Positions 43,101-56,156 are shown, counted from the whole stretch's first letter. The stretch: 62,633 nucleotides of DNA, filler included, from Hausera hauseri (GCA_046269625.1; 9 parts of 9 records of this genome joined end to end with filler, not necessarily neighbours in it); one strand, 5' to 3'. Notes: a model not told the origin generated them from the letters alone. Translations and numbers: made by a program.

Positions 43101-45960
43101 CTTGCCATCACATGGTCGTATGTTCAATCCCAGTTGTAAAAGTTGAATTTGTTGTAAAAGTTGATCATTAACATTTTTTGTGTCACATGAAAGCTTTAAA
43201 GGTTTTTTGAAAAAAAAAAAACAGGTTTTTGAAATATACAAGATAAGTCTAAGTATGAACTTAAAGAAATGAAATATGAAAACTTATTGTAGTAATAAAA
43301 AATGTAATATGAAAAAAAAATTACAAAATATATTACAAAATGTTACATGTTTTGTGAATATAGAGTTTAAGGATGAAAAAAAAAATTATTATAAAAATCT
43401 CACTTTATCAGGATAAGAGAAAAATACAGACGATACTATGAACAATATGAAGATTTTATTATGTCCATAAAATTACAAAAAGAAAGGAAAATTAATTAAA
43501 GGCCTAATTATTGCTAAATCAAAATCATATAGAATGCTAATCACACTGACAAGAAATGCGATACATGAATACCGCTTAATACATATAAGTATTAATAGTA
43601 CATCAACAAGAATAAGAACCCAAAAAACGCGCGTTTGTGTGTATGTGTGTTCTCCAAAACCAGATGACGAGAGTGGAAAGAAATTTAAGCAACACTGAAT
43701 CTTTGTGAAGAAAATAAGGCGTAGACAATAAAAATGAGGAGATAACGTCATACTTACTGATCGTAAAAGTGTGTCCTAGAATGTTGTTGGTTTCATCTTT
43801 CTCATTCGTCTTACCAAGATCCTAGGAAAGTAAAACAAAATCATCATTGATATATTGAATCTAATTTGTATCGAACTTGAATCAACCTATTGTTAATTTT
43901 AAATCTATCACTGCTTGTACGAACCGTATTCGTCTTTCAGACGGTTTCGAAAACAGAACATACTGACTGTCATCCTACATACAACTTCCATCATGGCTAA
44001 CTCCATAAGTGTTTGAATTAAAACCAGAGCGGCAGTAGAAACAAGCTATATTTATATTATTGTGTCCTAAATTTCAGGGTCTCTGTCTGTTATCTTTTAA
44101 CCTGCTGAACAGTGCAGTATCCAATGTTGTGGTGTCAGTGCATAAAGTATGATTTCCATACCAAGCGATTTGTTGCAAGTTGCCCTCGTCACTATCATTT
44201 ATGAAAAAAAATTCTTCCCTGGCGTTTTTGTTATACTCTAATATCTTATATTTTATCGCCAACTTTGTCACCTCTGACAAATCAAACACAAAATGCTTTT
44301 GGAAATACGGCTGCCATTCACAGTTCTAACATCTCCCAAATCATCGAAGTCCTCTATAGCGAATTTGTTACAGAAAATGGTAATGATTCAAACATATCAG
44401 CAACACCGATTAAAGCCGGATTCCCGGGCTATCTTTTTTTTTCAGTCGAACTCCAGGAGCAAAGAGTAACAAAATTGCAGAAGGAAAAAAAAACATGTCT
44501 CCGAATGTGGCTGTCATCCGTCTTGCTGTTATTGTCAAGCCATCATTTAATTACGTCTTTGACAAATGATTCCTTGCATTTGGTGTAGCGAGATTTGTAA
44601 AATGAATGTCCCATATTTTCTCTCTCTTCTCTTTATCTTTAGTGGTCATAACATACGGGGTTGCTATTGAGAAGAGACATTTCAACGACCGTTGATCCTT
44701 CTTCCAACTGTATCCCAAATGAGACCCAGGCCGACAGTATTTTTGCTATAGTACTTCTTTATATCGCTTTCGTCTTCTTGTACAGTATGGTGTCCATTGT
44801 AATGTTATCCAAGGCAGTGAATGTTATACCTCCTTGTTACAAGTCTTATCGAACACCACTTTTGAAAACGATGCATATTTAATATATATTAAACAACACT
44901 AGACAGAGATGCTTCACACTGGAATCCACAGGAGCAGTGGAGCTTCCGAAGACATATGACAACCTGGAGAATGACTTTTGGCAGAGAAATTAAAGCAGCA
45001 AATACATCATATAACAAGAGAAAAATAAGTGCCTTTTTTATCGACAGAAATTGAAATCTACAGCAATGACCATATCTTCCGCTAATGGAATGAACACAAA
45101 ATATTAGTAGTTAGTGAATGTTGACCAAACAAACAGCTACAATGAAGACATTTTCAGCTATAAACAACAGAATAATTAATAAACAGCTGCAGCCTCTGCA
45201 GGTAACATCCACAAAAGTAAACACACATACTCACTTTTCTGGAGCTGTTTTCAGAAACTTTTGTTCGTGTGGAAACATTTCGACTGGAAACTTGTTCTAT
45301 GCCAGATTGATCGTAACTCTGAATGAAAGCTGTATTAAACTCCTCACTGATAGTAGCAGTGCTGGTCTCGGCTATCGTATTGGTGCCATAGACACTACAG
45401 CTAACCAAAGCTGATCCTTCAGGGTCAGGTCTTGAGTCAGAGGTGAAAACAAGCTTCCCTGCGTAGTTTTTGTAAGCTTTAGCATCACGCTTATACATAC
45501 GCGAGCGACGTTTTCTAGAATAATCCGTAGTAATGGTGTCATCGGAGCTATCCAGGAAAAATGAATACATTTCATTTGCAGGAACATCACCTGTATGTCT
45601 TGCGTTGACGTCCTCTTTGGTATCCTGCAAGCATTCTGATAGGGTGGTAGATACAGAAGCAGATGCTGATGGCAAGAAATTTGATCGACAAGCAGGATTT
45701 TCGTGGCCGACGTCACAGCCTGAACTAGCTCCTGGGTTTTTGTTTTTCTTCAAATGTTTGCGTTTCTCAACGCAAGATGCACATGAAGATGACAGACTAT
45801 CCTCTTCACTTGGACTGGCGAACCGGACGTATGTTTCGGCGTTGATAGCAGATAGTCTTTTCTTGTTCTTCAGAAACAGTCTGCTCTTTTTGTTCACACT
45901 TTTCTCTGCCTGTTCTTGTGCACTGGAAACATTATGTGACATACACTTAAAAAACTTCAT
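40141..45960 (-). CDS. 437-aa protein with disordered N-terminus and C-terminal RhoGEF-type PH domain
   Basis: Five GT-AG exons with matching phases: 45960-45235, 43821-43758, 42571-42462, 41263-41053, 40343-40141 (1314 nt). C-term RHLIYQG..LFLFSDSLLLA..LKLRAESLEEKFLWKRLLE. Acceptor at 46029/46030 and candidate upstream UTR donor near 49480. Confidence 0.8.
41411..41836 (-). mobile_element. Non-LTR retrotransposon 3' remnant in intron
   Basis: LNAHRNRL..HLLSCPTLQELR..ILYGS Zn-finger-type C-terminus followed by an (ACAAG)n tail. Confidence 0.65.
42812..42980 (+). mobile_element. tRNA-derived SINE remnant with Nin/Deu-like central domain
   Basis: A-box-like GCCCAGTGG, then TTCACCCAGGTATAAATGGGTACC core and GGGAAATTAA, shared with the copy at 50290-50440. 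Confidence 0.6.
43068..43136 (+). mobile_element. tRNA-derived SINE head or tRNA pseudogene
   Basis: A box TAGCGTAGTGG and B box GTTCAATCC at tRNA spacing; poor acceptor stem. Confidence 0.55.
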
Positions 45961-47683
45961 CTTGACAGTTGACGAAAATCAGATCCTTGGACAAGGTAAT
46001 TTATTGAGATTTCTTGTGCTGTATTTCAGCTGAAATAAGAATAAATTATAAAATGTAGCAGTAATCATGTAAATGAATAAAATTTTTTTTTATAAAACAC
46101 TCAGCAACTGCATTTGTGCAAGTTTAATTTTGTTTTTAAATCATTACTTTCATTAGGCTGGTCATTATCATCAAGTGCCCCGCGTAACGGCACATATCTC
46201 TACATATATTCCTTTCTATTGGATTCTATATCAAGCCTAATTATGATTTTTTTTTCATGTCATGTTGTCAAAACTTTGATTATTTTTTTATTCTGACTAT
46301 CATCTCTTGTTCTTAAGTTTTTCAATCTACCTTTTCTCACGTCCAACACATTTTTAATTCCAATTTCTTATATCTAAATTATTATTATTTTCTCATTAGT
46401 TTCTGTCGAAGCAGATTCACTTGACCTTTTCTCAGCCCAGTTTTCATCATTTTTCTCATGAACCACATCTCTGAGGTCTCCAGATTTTTATTTGTTTATT
46501 CATTGCCTGTGATTTACTTCCGTAAATCGCTATTAGTATTATATAACTCTTCTTCCTTATTTCTAGTGTTAGAGAATTCTAATAAATTATATTTTTCATA
46601 TTTGATATGTTTTCGCTCAAACTATCTTCCTTTTCACACCAGTAATGCAATCACCTTCTGTTGATATTATTTTGTTCCTTTTATTTTTATTGTGAAGTTT
46701 ATCTGCTTGTTATTTTTATGCGGCCTTTTTCTTGTTTTTATGACTGGTACTGATTAAAAATGTGTTATTTAATCGTCGACTAATTTCGACTACTTTAGTA
46801 TCTGTTGGACTAAATGTTAATAACACTGAATATTTTGTAGTTAATTGCTTATACTTTTTTGTAAAATCTATTACTACTGGCATTTTTTTTTATGTTTTGT
46901 GTTAATTGACCATGCTAAATTTAAAATTCTAGACAGTCAGAATTGTTTGATACTGTATACTGTCCTCTAGAATCTAGAGTTAGAACCAGAATTCATGAAG
47001 GCGAATTTGTGTATTATCATTTTTAGGTAGAAGATACAATCTAAAATTTGCTAATGGTGTATTCAAATGAACAATCCATATTATACAGACATAGCAGGTA
47101 CCACAGTAAAGCATGTGCAGAAATGACAAGAATAATGATGGCCGGTCAGTTTCCGCTTTACAAGAGAGTTGTTTCCCAAATTGGATCTTCTGCTTTATAG
47201 CTGGACATCTGTTTATACGATCTTCGGTATCATGATCTCACATTTTTTGAGTATTGTCCTCCTCGTTGTGTACTGTACTACCAATTTCTCTTTGTACATA
47301 CGAGTTGTCGTCGATCAACGACTTGGCATCGAAATTGTGTTGAAGGACTGGGTGTAGTACAGTCGCTAAACCAACATTTTTTAGTTTAGCTGACGGACGC
47401 CCAGAATTGACACTCCAATGAGTGATGCCTTCTTTGATAAGCCCCTTAAAATTGTCACTGTCTGATTTGACCTTGCATGAACTTGTTTGTATACAAACCA
47501 ATGTATACGCTGTTAGTGATAAATGAGTGTTGTGATAGAACAATGATCTGCAAATGCAGTCAAGCAATCCTTACTTACTTAAGACACCCCTCTCTACCCG
47601 GGGATATAAAAGCTTTCCAGAAAATTCTCCAGCCTTTCAGTTGGCTGTCTTTTTATCTCTTCGTCTTGATTCCGTTCTAGTCT

Positions 47684-47875
47684 TTAGCATTTGAGAGAAT
47701 GTTCAGTATTGTCAGTGCAGCATGTTTCAATCTGCCAGGGATGGGTAGTGAATATCGTTCCTTCTCTTGGGTCTGGTTTCATTCCTGTAGGTGGTAGCCT
47801 TTCGTCACTCATTCTGCATAAATGACTAAGCCATCTCAATTTGGCCTGGTCCACGTAGGATTCAAATGACTGCAC
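47684..47875 (-). mobile_element. RTE-like LINE 3' fragment
   Basis: AKLRWLSHLCRMSDERLP motif. Confidence 0.7.
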
Positions 47876-47989
47876 AGTTAAGTCCCTGGCGTATTGACTA
47901 GTATTTTATCCCTTCTCGCTTTGTTTGTGACAGTTCTAATGTACTTATTTCTTATTTGGATTAGTTTCATCTGTTTTTGAATATGTGCA

Positions 47990-48561
47990 ATACCAATATA
48001 CAACATTGGAGACTGCTCAAGGGAAGTGAGAAGGAGATTAATCATAGCAATGCAGAGATTAACTAATATGAAGAACCTGTTGCACGACACTAGGAACTAA
48101 ATCAAAATAAAACTTCTTGGTACATGTATCTTCTCTATGGCGACCTATGGAAGTGAATCATGGACTATCACAGGAGCAATAAGGAAACTATAAACATTTT
48201 CGAATTAAAGTGCTGCAGAAAAGTCCTAAGAATATCACGAACTAAAAAAGGCAAAACAAAGATGAACTACAAGAACTGAACATCACGAAAAACTGGCTCA
48301 TCAACAGTATGCCTCGAAAACTGAAATATTTTGGCCAGGTTAAACGTCATGATGGCCTGGAGAAAATAGTATTGGAAGGAAGATATTGTCCCTTCCCCAA
48401 GAGGCAAGGGAAGACCAAGACGACGCTTGACACAAGACATCATGCAAACTTTGAATATGAACTTGAGAGAGGCGTGCGAGCTGACAAGAAACAGAGAATC
48501 TTTCAGACGGGCTGTGATGAGGGCGACGTTCTGCAAAGGACATGCCACAAGATGATGATGA
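47990..48561 (+). mobile_element. RTE-clade LINE 3' remnant
   Basis: DCSREVRRR, ATYGSESWT, ELKCCRKVLRI, KLKYFGQVKRH..LEG, (GAT)n tail. Confidence 0.85.
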
Positions 48562-50289
48562 ATCAGCTTCCAGTCTTCCGCACAATATTTCTTTGTGTTT
48601 CATCTGCAAGTCTGGATCACATCATACATATCATGATAAATAGATAAGGAGATAATCTGCCTGCTTATCTAACTCCAGCTGTAGTCTTGAATTCTAATTG
48701 TTGTTTGATAATCTTACGTAATTTCAACAGGTCTTGAACACTACTTTAAAGCTTTCACGGGGATGATCAGGGGTGTTGAAATGTTCCACTGGCTACGCTT
48801 TCTCAAATTTTGCTCCAACAGACTCTGTGTCCTTTTTTTTTCAAGTTATAAATCCTCTGTCAGACGTCCCCGTCGTCGTCCCGGGCAAACCTGCCGGCAA
48901 ACTGGTGGAGGCTCATGATTGTCACTTCTAAAAGGCCGAGCGTTGCACTAATGCCTAGAGGACCTCAGTCCACTCTCATAAATACCAACGGGGCAACAGG
49001 AAAGATTAACACCACTACTCCACGGACCATATTAGGACTGCAGCTCTTATCAGCGCTCATTCGGAAGAGCTGTGGAGAACATCAACCAGTATTGATTAGA
49101 TGGTAGAAGAGAACTAATGAAAGTATTTTTCCTCCGTGTCAGCATTATGGCGCTATTGTAGAAATAAAACCTTAAGAAGTTTTGAATTTAGCTGAGGATT
49201 ATTATTTTTGTCTAAGATTGAAATTGTTTCCATTATTTTTCCTGTAATGGTATCAATGTTGGACTCATTGAAAATAACGTACAAAAATCTAGTTTTAATA
49301 TACTGTCGTATCGCAAAAGCCAACTATGTTTCAATAATTTTGTCAACCATAAATTTTGTTGGAGTTATTGCAGTAAAAGGTTACATATTGTAGTCATATA
49401 CACATAAACTGTGAAGGACGGTATAATAAAACGAATGACACTATAACAATGACAAGACATAAATATAAAATATTACTTACCTAATCTCACGGAAATTATT
49501 GAAGATACGTCGACAAATCAGTGCTCTTATTCAATAAAGATTGTAAGTCGCTTAGATAACACAATTATAAGAAAAATTAATCCAGCACCGTAGACAAAAC
49601 CAAATCATAAAGTTCATAAACTATTCCAAGCAAAGATTCTGTCTTGTCTTCATAAATATAATTTCCAACACAATATTAGATGTCGATACAGCAGTGGCAC
49701 GGACTAAGCAGTTGATCACACTGAACATCGCCTTTTATGCAGTCAAAAAATGGGTGGAGCTTATTTAGGATTTTGACATTTTTACCTGGCAAAAGGTGGG
49801 CGGGCGGCTTGTTGAAAAGATGTTTATCCTACGCCGTTTGCACAATATGGACCTCAATTCTGACACGGTGACTGACACGGATGATAAATAATTAAATATA
49901 TGAACTGTGATTACTAAACAAACAGAAATAAAAAGACCAAATATACAATGCACTAAGAATGAACATTAATTAGAAATGTCATTGAACTTAGAATAATAAA
50001 CAAGGTCTTGCCAACCTTGGCAAGGGTATATTGCATGTCTTTTATGACATGCTCAACTTCATGATTAAATATATTTTTACATCACTATAAATTACAGTAC
50101 TAAATTATATAATGCAGTCTCCCGCCCCCTCCCCCCTCTCCCTCATTCTATCTGTCTCTCCACTTTCTTACACGTCGATTCTGTGAGGCCAAAATATGTA
50201 GCAGATAGACCATAAGATATGTTTCCTTGTGCCTATCTTTGAAACATGATGACGCCCGCACATGATTGGGTTATGCTGCCATCATAACG

Positions 50290-50440
50290 CAACACAGCCT
50301 TTAATTTCCCATAAAATTTCTCTGGTACCCATATTTGAGGCTTGCGCCATTTTTGGTTGAAAAAATTAAACCCGCCACAGCTAGGATTGAACCCATAACT
50401 ACACAATCGGCAGACGACTGCACTAACCACCGCGTCTCCC
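50290..50440 (-). mobile_element. tRNA-derived SINE (same family as 42812-42980)
   Basis: GCGGTGGTTAG A-box, GGTTCAATCC B-box, then AAATATGGGTACCAGAG..GGGAAATTAAAGGC. Confidence 0.6.
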
Positions 50441-50489
50441 GCTATCGTTGTGGCATATCCCTAATTCCTTTATCTTAAAAATAACTCAA

Positions 50490-50960
50490 AAGCTGTCGTA
50501 GCCGCCGAAGTACATATTTTACCAGTGCCATCAGTCTGACATTTTTTTCCTCTCAAATGTTATTTAAGGGGCCCAAATTAATTCTGCCAAAGATGCTATT
50601 GTCAAATTGGCGGTATGGGGTCTGGCATGGAGCAGATTGACATTTCCAGAAAAAAAACATTACACACGGATAACACATTACATATCCCAAAAGACAGTTG
50701 CCATGATCTTTCTTACAGATGGTCGATCTGTTTTTCTTGGGCGGCAGGAAAACAATGTGTCTCCATTCCATACTACTTTTATCAACCAAGGTTTCATCAC
50801 AAATGTTGATTGATTGCTATAATTCATAACCTTTGGCTCTCACCGACACAAGAGCCGTTTCATAGACTGTCATGCATGTCCCATTCTGATAAAAATTTCC
50901 ATCTGGTTATTCTGGTCCACCACGGTTTCAGATAAATCGCTCGCCGTGGTAATCGCTGTA
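50490..50960 (-). mobile_element. mariner-type transposase remnant
   Basis: KSSMEWRH..PPKK and KIMATVFWD motifs in shifted frames. Confidence 0.7.
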
Positions 50961-51529
50961 ACAATTGTACATTCGTAAAATACATCATACTGAATTTTTA
51001 TACACAAAAGTCTTAGTAAGCCTTGAAGGCAGTTGTAACCGGGAAGTTAGCAATTCAACAAAATCAAAAATTGCAGAAAATGATGATATACTTGATAAGG
51101 AAGAAAACCCTAGGCATTTCCACACTACTCAACAATATAGAACCCTAAAGAAATCGAGACAACGGACCTAGACAACAAAAATAACGCCTAACTGCATGTG
51201 CATTAACAGAAGAAGCCATCTTACAGTTCAAACACGCAAAGATCCCGGAGAAGACCAGATCACATCAGACATTAAGTTGATTTTCAGATAATGCAAAAGA
51301 GCTCTTTCACCTGGTCAACAAGGTTTGGAAAGCAGAAAGTATCTTTTAGTCATGAGAAAAGAATGGAAGCCTCTCGACGTGTGGCATCTGGAGTGGGTCT
51401 TAAAAAATTTATTGGACGGAAACACTCTCAAGTCTTAGTATCAGTATCGGTAAAATAAAAGAAAGAATACGCTGAAGGTAGGAAAATCAAGCCTTGCAAA
51501 TAACAAATCTCTGTATTGATAACAGTTTA

Positions 51530-52164
51530 GTTCAGTAGTTTAGTCGAGAGGTCAACATTTTTTCACACGGATATCCATAAGCTCCTAATTCGCCTCCGTT
51601 TTTTAGGATCTCAGTTTAGTCCACAAACTCCGTAGCCCCGACGAGGGTTTGAGTAGACTTTCACGATGAATTTTAGGCCCACTCCTTTTTGAAATGCCAA
51701 GGAATATTTAACGTGCACAACAATCCTTACGGATGTATGTTTTATCGCTGCTCAGAGAGCAGAAGAGTTTATGCTGCTGGAAGGTGGGACATTCCCGCTG
51801 CTGTATTCATGGCAATACTTAAATAATCGGTGAAAAAGCAAGAATCAAACGAGCAAATACGTTACATCCACGATGTCTTCTTCACATTACCTTTGGTAAT
51901 TGTGGGTCATATGGGATGTTATTTTCAGGTAATCACTCAATAATGCAAGAACACTTACGGTGGATGCAAGCACGTAGTGGTATTCCATGCAATGAAGAGG
52001 CGGGCTTATTGTCCGAAACTGGAACTTTAGGATCAGAACCGGCCATTGCGACTTGAAAAAACATATGCATCGCCTGGTCATTGCTATTTTAGTTTAGTCG
52101 AAGGGTCAACATCTACGCACACGGATAGATCCATAAGTGCTCCATTCTCCTCCATTCTGGAGGA
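51530..52164 (-). mobile_element. SINE-like repeat, two 3' ends (51530 and 52088), Meta-domain-like core
   Basis: Repeated TTTAGTCGA..GGTCAACAT..CACACGGATA; minus strand GTGCACGTTAAA near 51707-51718. Confidence 0.4.
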
Positions 52165-52303
52165 NNNNNNNNNNNNNNNNNNNNNNNNNNNNNNNNNNNN
52201 NNNNNNNNTTAATTAATTAANNNNNNNNNNNNNNNNNNNNNNNNNNNNNNNNNNNNNNNNNNNNCCGTGAGTTGAGAGCCGTTAGTCGGTTTTTACAAAA
52301 CTA

Positions 52304-52993
52304 TTGTTTTATAATTGCATGATATGCCTGCTAAAGGAAAATGAAGAAGGATTTGAAGTAAACCGTCATTTTATTTTGGAAACTGGATTCATAGCTACTT
52401 ACGAAACAAATTCAAAGCCCCACATAATGTTTCTTTGTGAATATGATGTATTACCGAAACTCGGTCATGCATGTGATCACAACCTTATTGCCGAAGTCTC
52501 AATTGCTGCAGCCTTTGGTTTAAAACATATTATGGACACGTTTAACATCCAATGTAAACTGACGGTTTTGGGAACCCCGGCCGAAGAAAGCGAAGGAGGA
52601 AAAGTGAGTATGACAAAAATGGACGTGTTTGAAAATGTCGATATTGCCTTAATTGTCCATCCAAGGGAAATCAATTCTTTACACATGTCACATGATGCAC
52701 TTAAAGATTTAACAATACGTTTTGAAGGAAAGAGTGCTCATGCGACAAGTTCCCCATTGGAAGGTAAATACTCTTTGGACGCTGCAATACTTGCGTATCA
52801 AGGAATTTCATGTTTCAGGAAACAGATGAAACCGGGAGGTAATGTAAATGTGAATATGAAATTGGATAAAAATTGTCACTTTGGAATAATTCCGGACAAC
52901 GTTAAAGTGGAAACCGACTTACGCGCACCACCAATGAATGATTTGTACGAATTAGAACGTCGAAATAACAAATTGCTACTGGTGCTTCAATGA
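52304..52993 (+). pseudogene. PM20D2: Peptidase M20 domain-containing protein 2 (ACY1L2-like amidohydrolase), intronless and truncated
   Basis: FLCEYDVLPKLGHACDHNLIAE, VLGTPAEESEGGK, IVHP, FEGKSAHA..PLEG..LDAA, GIIPD; frameshift and loss of the C-terminal third. Confidence 0.85.
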
Positions 52994-53826
52994 CGACCGA
53001 TTGCAAAATGGATAAGAGCAATAATAATTTATATATTTGGAATCAACGTAGCAAGAAAAATTAATTGAATAATTAAATGTATTTGAGAGGATAATTCTGC
53101 TTGATTGGGATGTACAAACGACAGATAACGGATTTTCATCGTTGGTGTTTACACTTTAAGTTCCATTATTTGAGAAATTTTGGCGATGAGTTCAAAATGT
53201 TTAGGCAGTCATAAACGTTCCAGTTCGGAGTATAAATATGGTGAATAGTTGGAAATTATTGTGACAGCAGCAGTAATATCAGGAGTTCAAAATTCGAATA
53301 CTGTTAAATGTATCGTTCTAATGAATTGTATAAAAGTCGATAATTCATCAAATATAGTCATCATGTGATTTCTCAGCTTACGTTCATTACACTTAAAAAG
53401 ATTGTTGAAATGTAATTCTGAATGTGTGTATAACACGGAATCGGCGGATGGCCAATGTGACATGAAAAGTAGTATTATTTATGACGGTAATATGAATGCA
53501 ATTGTTTGTGTTATCAACGTTAAAGAAAGCTGTTTGACATATACTGTTCATCAAATTTCAGTCGAAAAATGCCGAGAACGAAAGAGTAAAGTCTAAAGAA
53601 AACATCGAAAACAAATCTTGAAGAAAATAATTTAACAGCTTCAACAAAAATATATAATTATATATCGAGGTATATATATATAGAATTTATATAAGCCAAT
53701 ATAAGCTGCTAAGCAGCTGAGGAATATAGGAATTAAATGAAAAAAAATTGATTTTCGGCGATATCAAATTTATGATGTCTGATCAAAAAGTCCTGTTACG
53801 GACAAATTCAGACAAGTTAAATTCTG

Positions 53827-55251
53827 TTGAAAATATGCACAAATTTGAGGAAAAAGTGGTATCTATTGATGCAAACGAGTTCGAGGGCCATGGCTCTGGC
53901 TCCTCACCAAAAAATATGGAAAATTCGGGCCAGGAGAGGTCTCAGAAGTATAGACGATCAAAACTGTCCCAATCGTCTTATTTACAGAAACATACAACAT
54001 TTTGAGATGGAATTTTTGGAATATAAAACATTAAGAATGGTTTCTGTGTCTATATCTCAGCAAATTTCTGAAACTAAAACACGACTTTATAACGAGAAAA
54101 TATGTGAAAAAGGTATATCAGATCTTGGAAATGGTGACCAGTTAAATTTATTAATCGTACCAAAACTCTTTCGCCGAGAAACGTCTGCTTCATTTGGAAA
54201 TCTCAGTTCTATAGAAGATTGTGATTTAAACGAAATTATAACCAAATTAAAAGACACTCAAAGCTCGAATTTGATACAGAAAGGGAAACCTACTGATGTT
54301 TTTACGTTTGAAGTGACAGGAATGTTAAAGGTATTTGATTGTGTAAATAGTATTGTTATTCGTTACTCTTGTTTTTTCTGTTTTGTGGACCCTGCCAGGG
54401 GTTGTGCTGTGAGTATGCATGATAAATTCAGTATGTATGTTTTGGGACACAAAGTTAATGGTGGAGAAATTCCCCCGGAGAGCAGCACTCCGTTATCAAT
54501 GGCTGCGAAAATTGAAAAAATTAATTTGAATAGTATTATATATAATTATATATTTGATAAAGGGTCTAGGGGATTTCGGGTATCGGGAGAAAATTATAAA
54601 TTATATTTTACAAAGCCTGAATCGGACTCAAAGATAGTCGAATCTGAAATAAACGCAAGTAATCGTAAGACGAATGCATGCGTGTGTAGTATTATATTGA
54701 AAAGGAGGGACGATCCCATAGAGAACTTTGAAATCAAAGACTATTATTCGATTCGAAATCTTTCAGTGAAGAATAAAGGTGTGTGTATATTAAAAGTGAA
54801 ATTAAATGGGCCCAGGAGGAAGATAATAAAGTTTACGTTGGGGAATGAGTTGATGGTTAGACTAACCATTTCTTTAAAAGGGAGATTATATAATTTAAAC
54901 CTTCCATTTTATGGTAGCAGAGCGTGGTTAGTGCTCTGCACCATGTTGGGGGTCAGAATAACTATTTCTTTAAAAGGAACATTATGTGAATTATTATATA
55001 CATTCAATTTAAAACCTCCATACACGTATAGGCGGAATGTGAACAGGTGGGCAATGATGCTGTTTTTTGACATCATTGATGTAGCTTCAATTGCAGTATT
55101 CATTGTTTGGTTGTGCATCAATCCTGAGTGGAAAGCTTCGGAAGGCAAACGACGGCAGGTAATATATCTCAAAGACCTTGGCTACTCCTTGGTTATGCCA
55201 AAAATAAAACGGAGGCCATCTGTTCCAACGTTGCAGTTTTCAATCATGTAG
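53827..55251 (+). CDS. Orphan ORF (474 aa from TTG; first in-frame ATGs 53869 and 54007) reading into a piggyBac fragment
   Basis: 1.4-kb open frame in AT-rich DNA; first ~395 aa unrecognised; last ~77 aa piggyBac-like. Confidence 0.5.
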   Translation: MKICTNLRKKWYLLMQTSSRAMALAPHQKIWKIRARRGLRSIDDQNCPNRLIYRNIQHFEMEFLEYKTLRMVSVSISQQISETKTRLYNEKICEKGISDLGNGDQLNLLIVPKLFRRETSASFGNLSSIEDCDLNEIITKLKDTQSSNLIQKGKPTDVFTFEVTGMLKVFDCVNSIVIRYSCFFCFVDPARGCAVSMHDKFSMYVLGHKVNGGEIPPESSTPLSMAAKIEKINLNSIIYNYIFDKGSRGFRVSGENYKLYFTKPESDSKIVESEINASNRKTNACVCSIILKRRDDPIENFEIKDYYSIRNLSVKNKGVCILKVKLNGPRRKIIKFTLGNELMVRLTISLKGRLYNLNLPFYGSRAWLVLCTMLGVRITISLKGTLCELLYTFNLKPPYTYRRNVNRWAMMLFFDIIDVASIAVFIVWLCINPEWKASEGKRRQVIYLKDLGYSLVMPKIKRRPSVPTLQFSIM

Positions 55252-55400
55252 GCGATAAAATGGTTTGGTGTTGAGCATGACATGATACTAACTCGATCTT
55301 CAGCAAACTCCAACAAGAAATGTCGATTCAGCCTTTGCCCTTAAAATAAAGACAAAAAGGTTTCCAGGGTGTGCCCAGCGTGCATGAAGTCAATTTTCCC
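55021..55400 (+). mobile_element. piggyBac transposase C-terminal remnant
   Basis: YTYRRNVNRWAMMLFFDIIDVA..INPEW..YLKDLGYSLV, then degenerate Cys-rich domain KCRFSLCP..KVSRVCPAC. Confidence 0.85.
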
Positions 55401-55420
55401 TCTAGATAGTCTCATATACA

Positions 55421-56156
55421 TGTTATATTTTGAGGGGCCCTTAACAATTCCCACTATATAACAATAGTTACACTTGATGTTGAAAACCTTAATGCAGGTA
55501 AGGTCTATCGCTATCAATAGACGGATTGTACCTTAATCCAATTTAGTTACTCGTATGCAGGTACTGATTACGGTCCTGTGCAATACGTTGATCGATTCTC
55601 TACTTATCTATATGATTTTACAGTCAAGATTTTAACTCCTAGGGTCGTCAAATCACCCTTATGGGTCGATGAAAAACTATATCAAAATTTAACCACAAGA
55701 ACAACAATATAATGAACTAACACTACTTACACAAAAATGATCGAGCACAATCGTTTACAAGAATAAATGTTAATAGAATAACTTCGACTTTTTCTAGGAT
55801 CAATTCGACTTGATTTCGTCTTCGACTTTCTCGGTTTCTCTTCTTCTTTTTGCTGATTTACTTCTCGTACTTATACTTGAGTGCCATCATAGAAATGTCT
55901 TTATTTTGCATTCTCTTTTGTTTTCTAACAATAATTTCAATTTTCTATTGAATACTTCTACAATTGAACGTTTTCAATGAATAGATAATTATTTATTTAC
56001 GACGGCATTTCTATTCAATCTAGTTTTCTAATTTATTATTTACAATGGCTTGATTACAATAGGAACAATCATTATTTTTAATTATCAATAGGAAACAATT
56101 ACTTCTCGAGCGCAGAATCTGCAGAATCTTTTCTTACATAATCCTACTTCACAACA
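55421..56156 (-). repeat. 3' LTR (~736 bp) of RING-carrying Gypsy element, copy 2
   Basis: TGTTG...TAACA on minus strand, preceded by PPT AGGGAGGAGAAA (56157-56168); length and U5 end similar to 4894-5618. Confidence 0.8.

Noticed and set aside
43068-43136. Functional tRNA gene
   Set aside because: A and B boxes are present but there is no convincing acceptor stem or cloverleaf; treated as a SINE head.
43900-44870. MULE-like transposase remnant in intron
   Set aside because: Only a weak YGNHTLCTDTT similarity among many stops; not enough to call.
45196-45234. 39-nt mini-intron in the PH gene
   Set aside because: It preserves the frame, which stops at 45154; splicing to 43821 gives a full phase-consistent CDS instead.
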